Shown here piece after piece: positions 7,593 through 9,630 of a DNA stretch of 9,630 nt. Within the stretch, counting starts at the first letter, position 1, and every line of letters begins with the position of its first letter. Source of the DNA: Octopus sinensis (taxonomy: Eukaryota); NCBI RefSeq assembly GCF_006345805.1, contig NW_021827811.1:1-9630 (forward strand), in the 5' to 3' direction. The notes under the pieces were generated by a model. That model was not told where the DNA came from. It saw only the letters and a list, made by a program, of their open reading frames with translations, and made no database searches. Made by a program: the position numbers and the translations under genes.

Positions 7593-8394
7593 ATATATAT
7601 ATATAAACGACAGTTTGTCTTCTGTGTGTCTGTGTGTCTGTCAGGTTGTACCCTCACCCTGACCACGGCTTTCAACCGATTCTGATGAAACTTAACACAC
7701 ACATAGCCCAATGTCATAATTCAAAACTAACGCATCGAAAATTTTGAAAAGTTCCCCCAGTTCTGAAAAAAAAAAGATAAATTCGACATGGGTCGAGAAT
7801 CTAAGCTTTTTATATGCAACACATTTTCTACAGACTGTCTAGGGGACGCAACTCGACCTTTTTAACTCTCGAACACGTGGGGTAAGTATCCCAAAATGTA
7901 TAAAAATGTACAAAAACGGCAAAAAAAGCGGGCAGCAATGTGAGTGACAACAACGAAAAAGTCAAAAGTGACCAAACTGAACAAACGAATGGAAAAGGTT
8001 TTTTTGGTGCACACGACAAAAGCGGTTTATAATAACCAAGAGTTTGCAAGAAGCGTCCGAAGACCCTTAGGGTACGTCAAAAATTTAAGGTAAAACGTTT
8101 GGGGTGAGTTATAAAGAAAGTTAAACAAAAAAAGTATTCGAATAACTTGCGGCTGCAGCAGCTATTAGCAGAAGTGGCGGTGTTGGGGGTAAAGTCTCGA
8201 ATGTAATTTCTTCCTGGTAGGAATTGGTTGGGTTGAATTATCGATAGCTGTTTGATAGTTATTTGGGAGTGAAGAGAAGACATTGCAACCTACACATGCG
8301 CCTTCGTTCCCTAGAGGGAAAGGACTAGATTGGGATTAGTCGTTGCCTACTAGGGGCTTTTACATACACGGGCAACGCCGGGCTATGCTGCTAG
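7593..8394 (+). mobile_element. Non-autonomous Helitron
   Basis: 3' end acgggcaacgccgggctatgctgCTAG followed by T (GC-rich imperfect hairpin about 11 nt before CTAG); 5' (TA)n then gtctg repeats and aaccgattctgatgaaactt; no TSD; inserted in TA-rich DNA. The 5' TC is not preserved, so the left end is approximate. Confidence 0.75.
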
Positions 8395-8469
8395 TATATA
8401 CATACAGACTAAATCTATATACATAGATATATACATAATACACATCACACCCCCACCTCACCCACACAG

Positions 8470-8615
8470 CCGTTCAAGAATTTGGACCTGGAGATTTCCA
8501 TTTCCAGCGACTTCGAGGGCCACCTCCCAGTGGTGTCGTGCGTCAACGAAGAGCCCTCGACTACAACAAGACGACCAAAGTTTTTTTTCCAAGGTCTGGG
8601 GTCTCCCGCCCCTAA
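8470..8615 (+). CDS. Candidate terminal coding exon; phase-1 reading VQEFGPGDFHFQRLRGPPPSGVVRQRRALDYNKTTKVFFPRSGVSRP* (alternative phase-0 reading PFKNLDLEISISSDFEGHLPVVSCVNEEPSTTTRRPKFFFQGLGSPAPKP*, stop 8620-8622)
   Basis: Acceptor ...cacCTCACccacacAG (AG 8468-8469) with branch-point-like CTCAC; GC-rich unique island with strong 3-nt periodicity; phase 1 matches the exon at 490-591. Protein not recognised. Confidence 0.45.
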
Positions 8616-8656
8616 GCCCTAGACCATCACCTAATCACCCTTACCCGTCTTGTTGC

Positions 8657-8683
8657 TTAACAACAACAACAAGAACAACAATA
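8657..8683. repeat. (AAC)n microsatellite
   Basis: Read directly. Confidence 0.85.
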
Positions 8684-8702
8684 ACCCACCCACACCTATA
8701 TA

Positions 8703-8779
8703 TCATGTGCAACGAAAAACTCCTCTCAGATTCACATTATTGGCCGTGTAAAATATGCGTTTTTCTGCCGCACCCTGTA
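8703..8779 (-). mobile_element. Tc1/mariner-like terminus or tiny MITE remnant
   Basis: Minus strand reads TA|CAGGGTGCGGCAGAAAAAC from 8779; TA-CAGGGTG is a typical Tc1/mariner end. A weak opposite end (catgtgcaacgaaaaac, about 8704-8720) is only partly similar. Confidence 0.4.
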
Positions 8780-9388
8780 TACACATGCAATACATGCCTA
8801 TCAGATGTATTGTGTAAGAAACGTTATGAAGGCTCCTCTTGTTTAAACAATTTGATAGAGATAGAGAGTGTGTATGGGTGTTGAAAAGAGGGAGGGGAAT
8901 GAAAAGGAAAGAAAGAAAGAAAGACTTGTAAAAGGCATACAGACAAAAGCGCAAAATGTAATTAAACACGCAGCGGTCAGAGGTGACGCTGATATGAACA
9001 GAGAGAAAAAGACTGAGAAAACGGTGGGAAGCGTAGATAGACAGAACGTGAGGAGGAATGAGATGACACTTGCTTCGATATGTATGTATGTGTGTGTGTG
9101 TGTGAGTATGTAAAGCTATATCAATGAATAAATAGATTCAAAACTATATCGCTAGATCAATGGCCATATATAAATATAGTTTGCAGATAGGAAGATAAGT
9201 TGGAAAGGAGAACGTAACTAAGAGGTAACCGAATATCTAGGACGGTAGATAGTGACAAATAGTGAGCAATACTCACAGAAATAGATATACAAATAAGGTA
9301 TAGAGGCCGTTAGCAAGTAGATGTTTTTCTTTTTCTTTTTTACACTAAAATCAATAGTGAGATGGTTTGGTAAGATAGGTAAAAGGAT

Positions 9389-9562
9389 AGGCGCAGAGGT
9401 GGTTGTATGGTAAGAAGCTTGCTTCCCAACCACTGGTCCACTGGTTCAGCCCCACTACGGAGCACCTTGTGCAAGTGTCTTCTACAATAACCTCGAACCG
9501 ATCAAAGCCTTGTGAGTGGATCTGGTAGACGGAAACTGAAAGAAGTCCGTCGTATATATATG
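9389..9562 (+). mobile_element. tRNA head plus CORE domain of a family-C SINE, ending in a TA tract
   Basis: aggcgcagaggtggttgtatggtaag...ggttcagcccc...gcaccttgtgcaagtgtcttctac...; aligns with the reverse complement of 4704-4842. Confidence 0.85.
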
Positions 9563-9563
9563 C

Positions 9564-9630
9564 AGTGAATCTTGCAAGCATGAAGTGGATTCGATCCACC
9601 ATAGCCAAATTTAAATTAACACTGCAACAG
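9564..9630 (+). repeat. Second copy of the 3791-3862 repeat, running off the window end
   Basis: 54/57 identity to the reverse complement of 3791-3847; starts right after the SINE's TA tract. Confidence 0.75.

Noticed and set aside
7342-7662. 106-aa ORF after the hammerhead as a Penelope ORF remnant
   Set aside because: TTG start, no RT or GIY-YIG motifs recognisable, and it runs into the Helitron.
7681-7692. CTGATGAAAC
   Set aside because: Part of the Helitron 5' internal motif; no stem II between core and GAAA.
8608-8646. CCCTAA-like sequence near the candidate stop codons
   Set aside because: Too degenerate and out of 6-nt phase to call a telomeric tract.

Overview
AT-rich eukaryotic (metazoan) genomic DNA dominated by repeats. 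The SINE families look like those I recall from octopus/coleoid cephalopod genomes (inference, not a database result). None of the supplied ORFs looks like a real gene: most are microsatellite or repeat read-throughs. The window contains several tRNA-derived SINEs (two nested, with visible target-site duplications), a non-autonomous Helitron (about 7593-8394), long TA/CA microsatellites and three telomere-like (TTAGGG) tracts. Two short candidate + strand exons (490-591 and 8470 onward) could be joined by a ~7.9 kb intron. The most notable signals are (1) a type I hammerhead-ribozyme-like fold at about 7250-7339 with an unusually long stem II, ~190 nt downstream of a hairpin-preceded, mixed TTAGGG/TTTTAGGG array, and (2) a SINE dimer whose 5' junction carries perfect TTAGGG repeats inside a 16-bp target-site duplication, in the register telomerase would add them.
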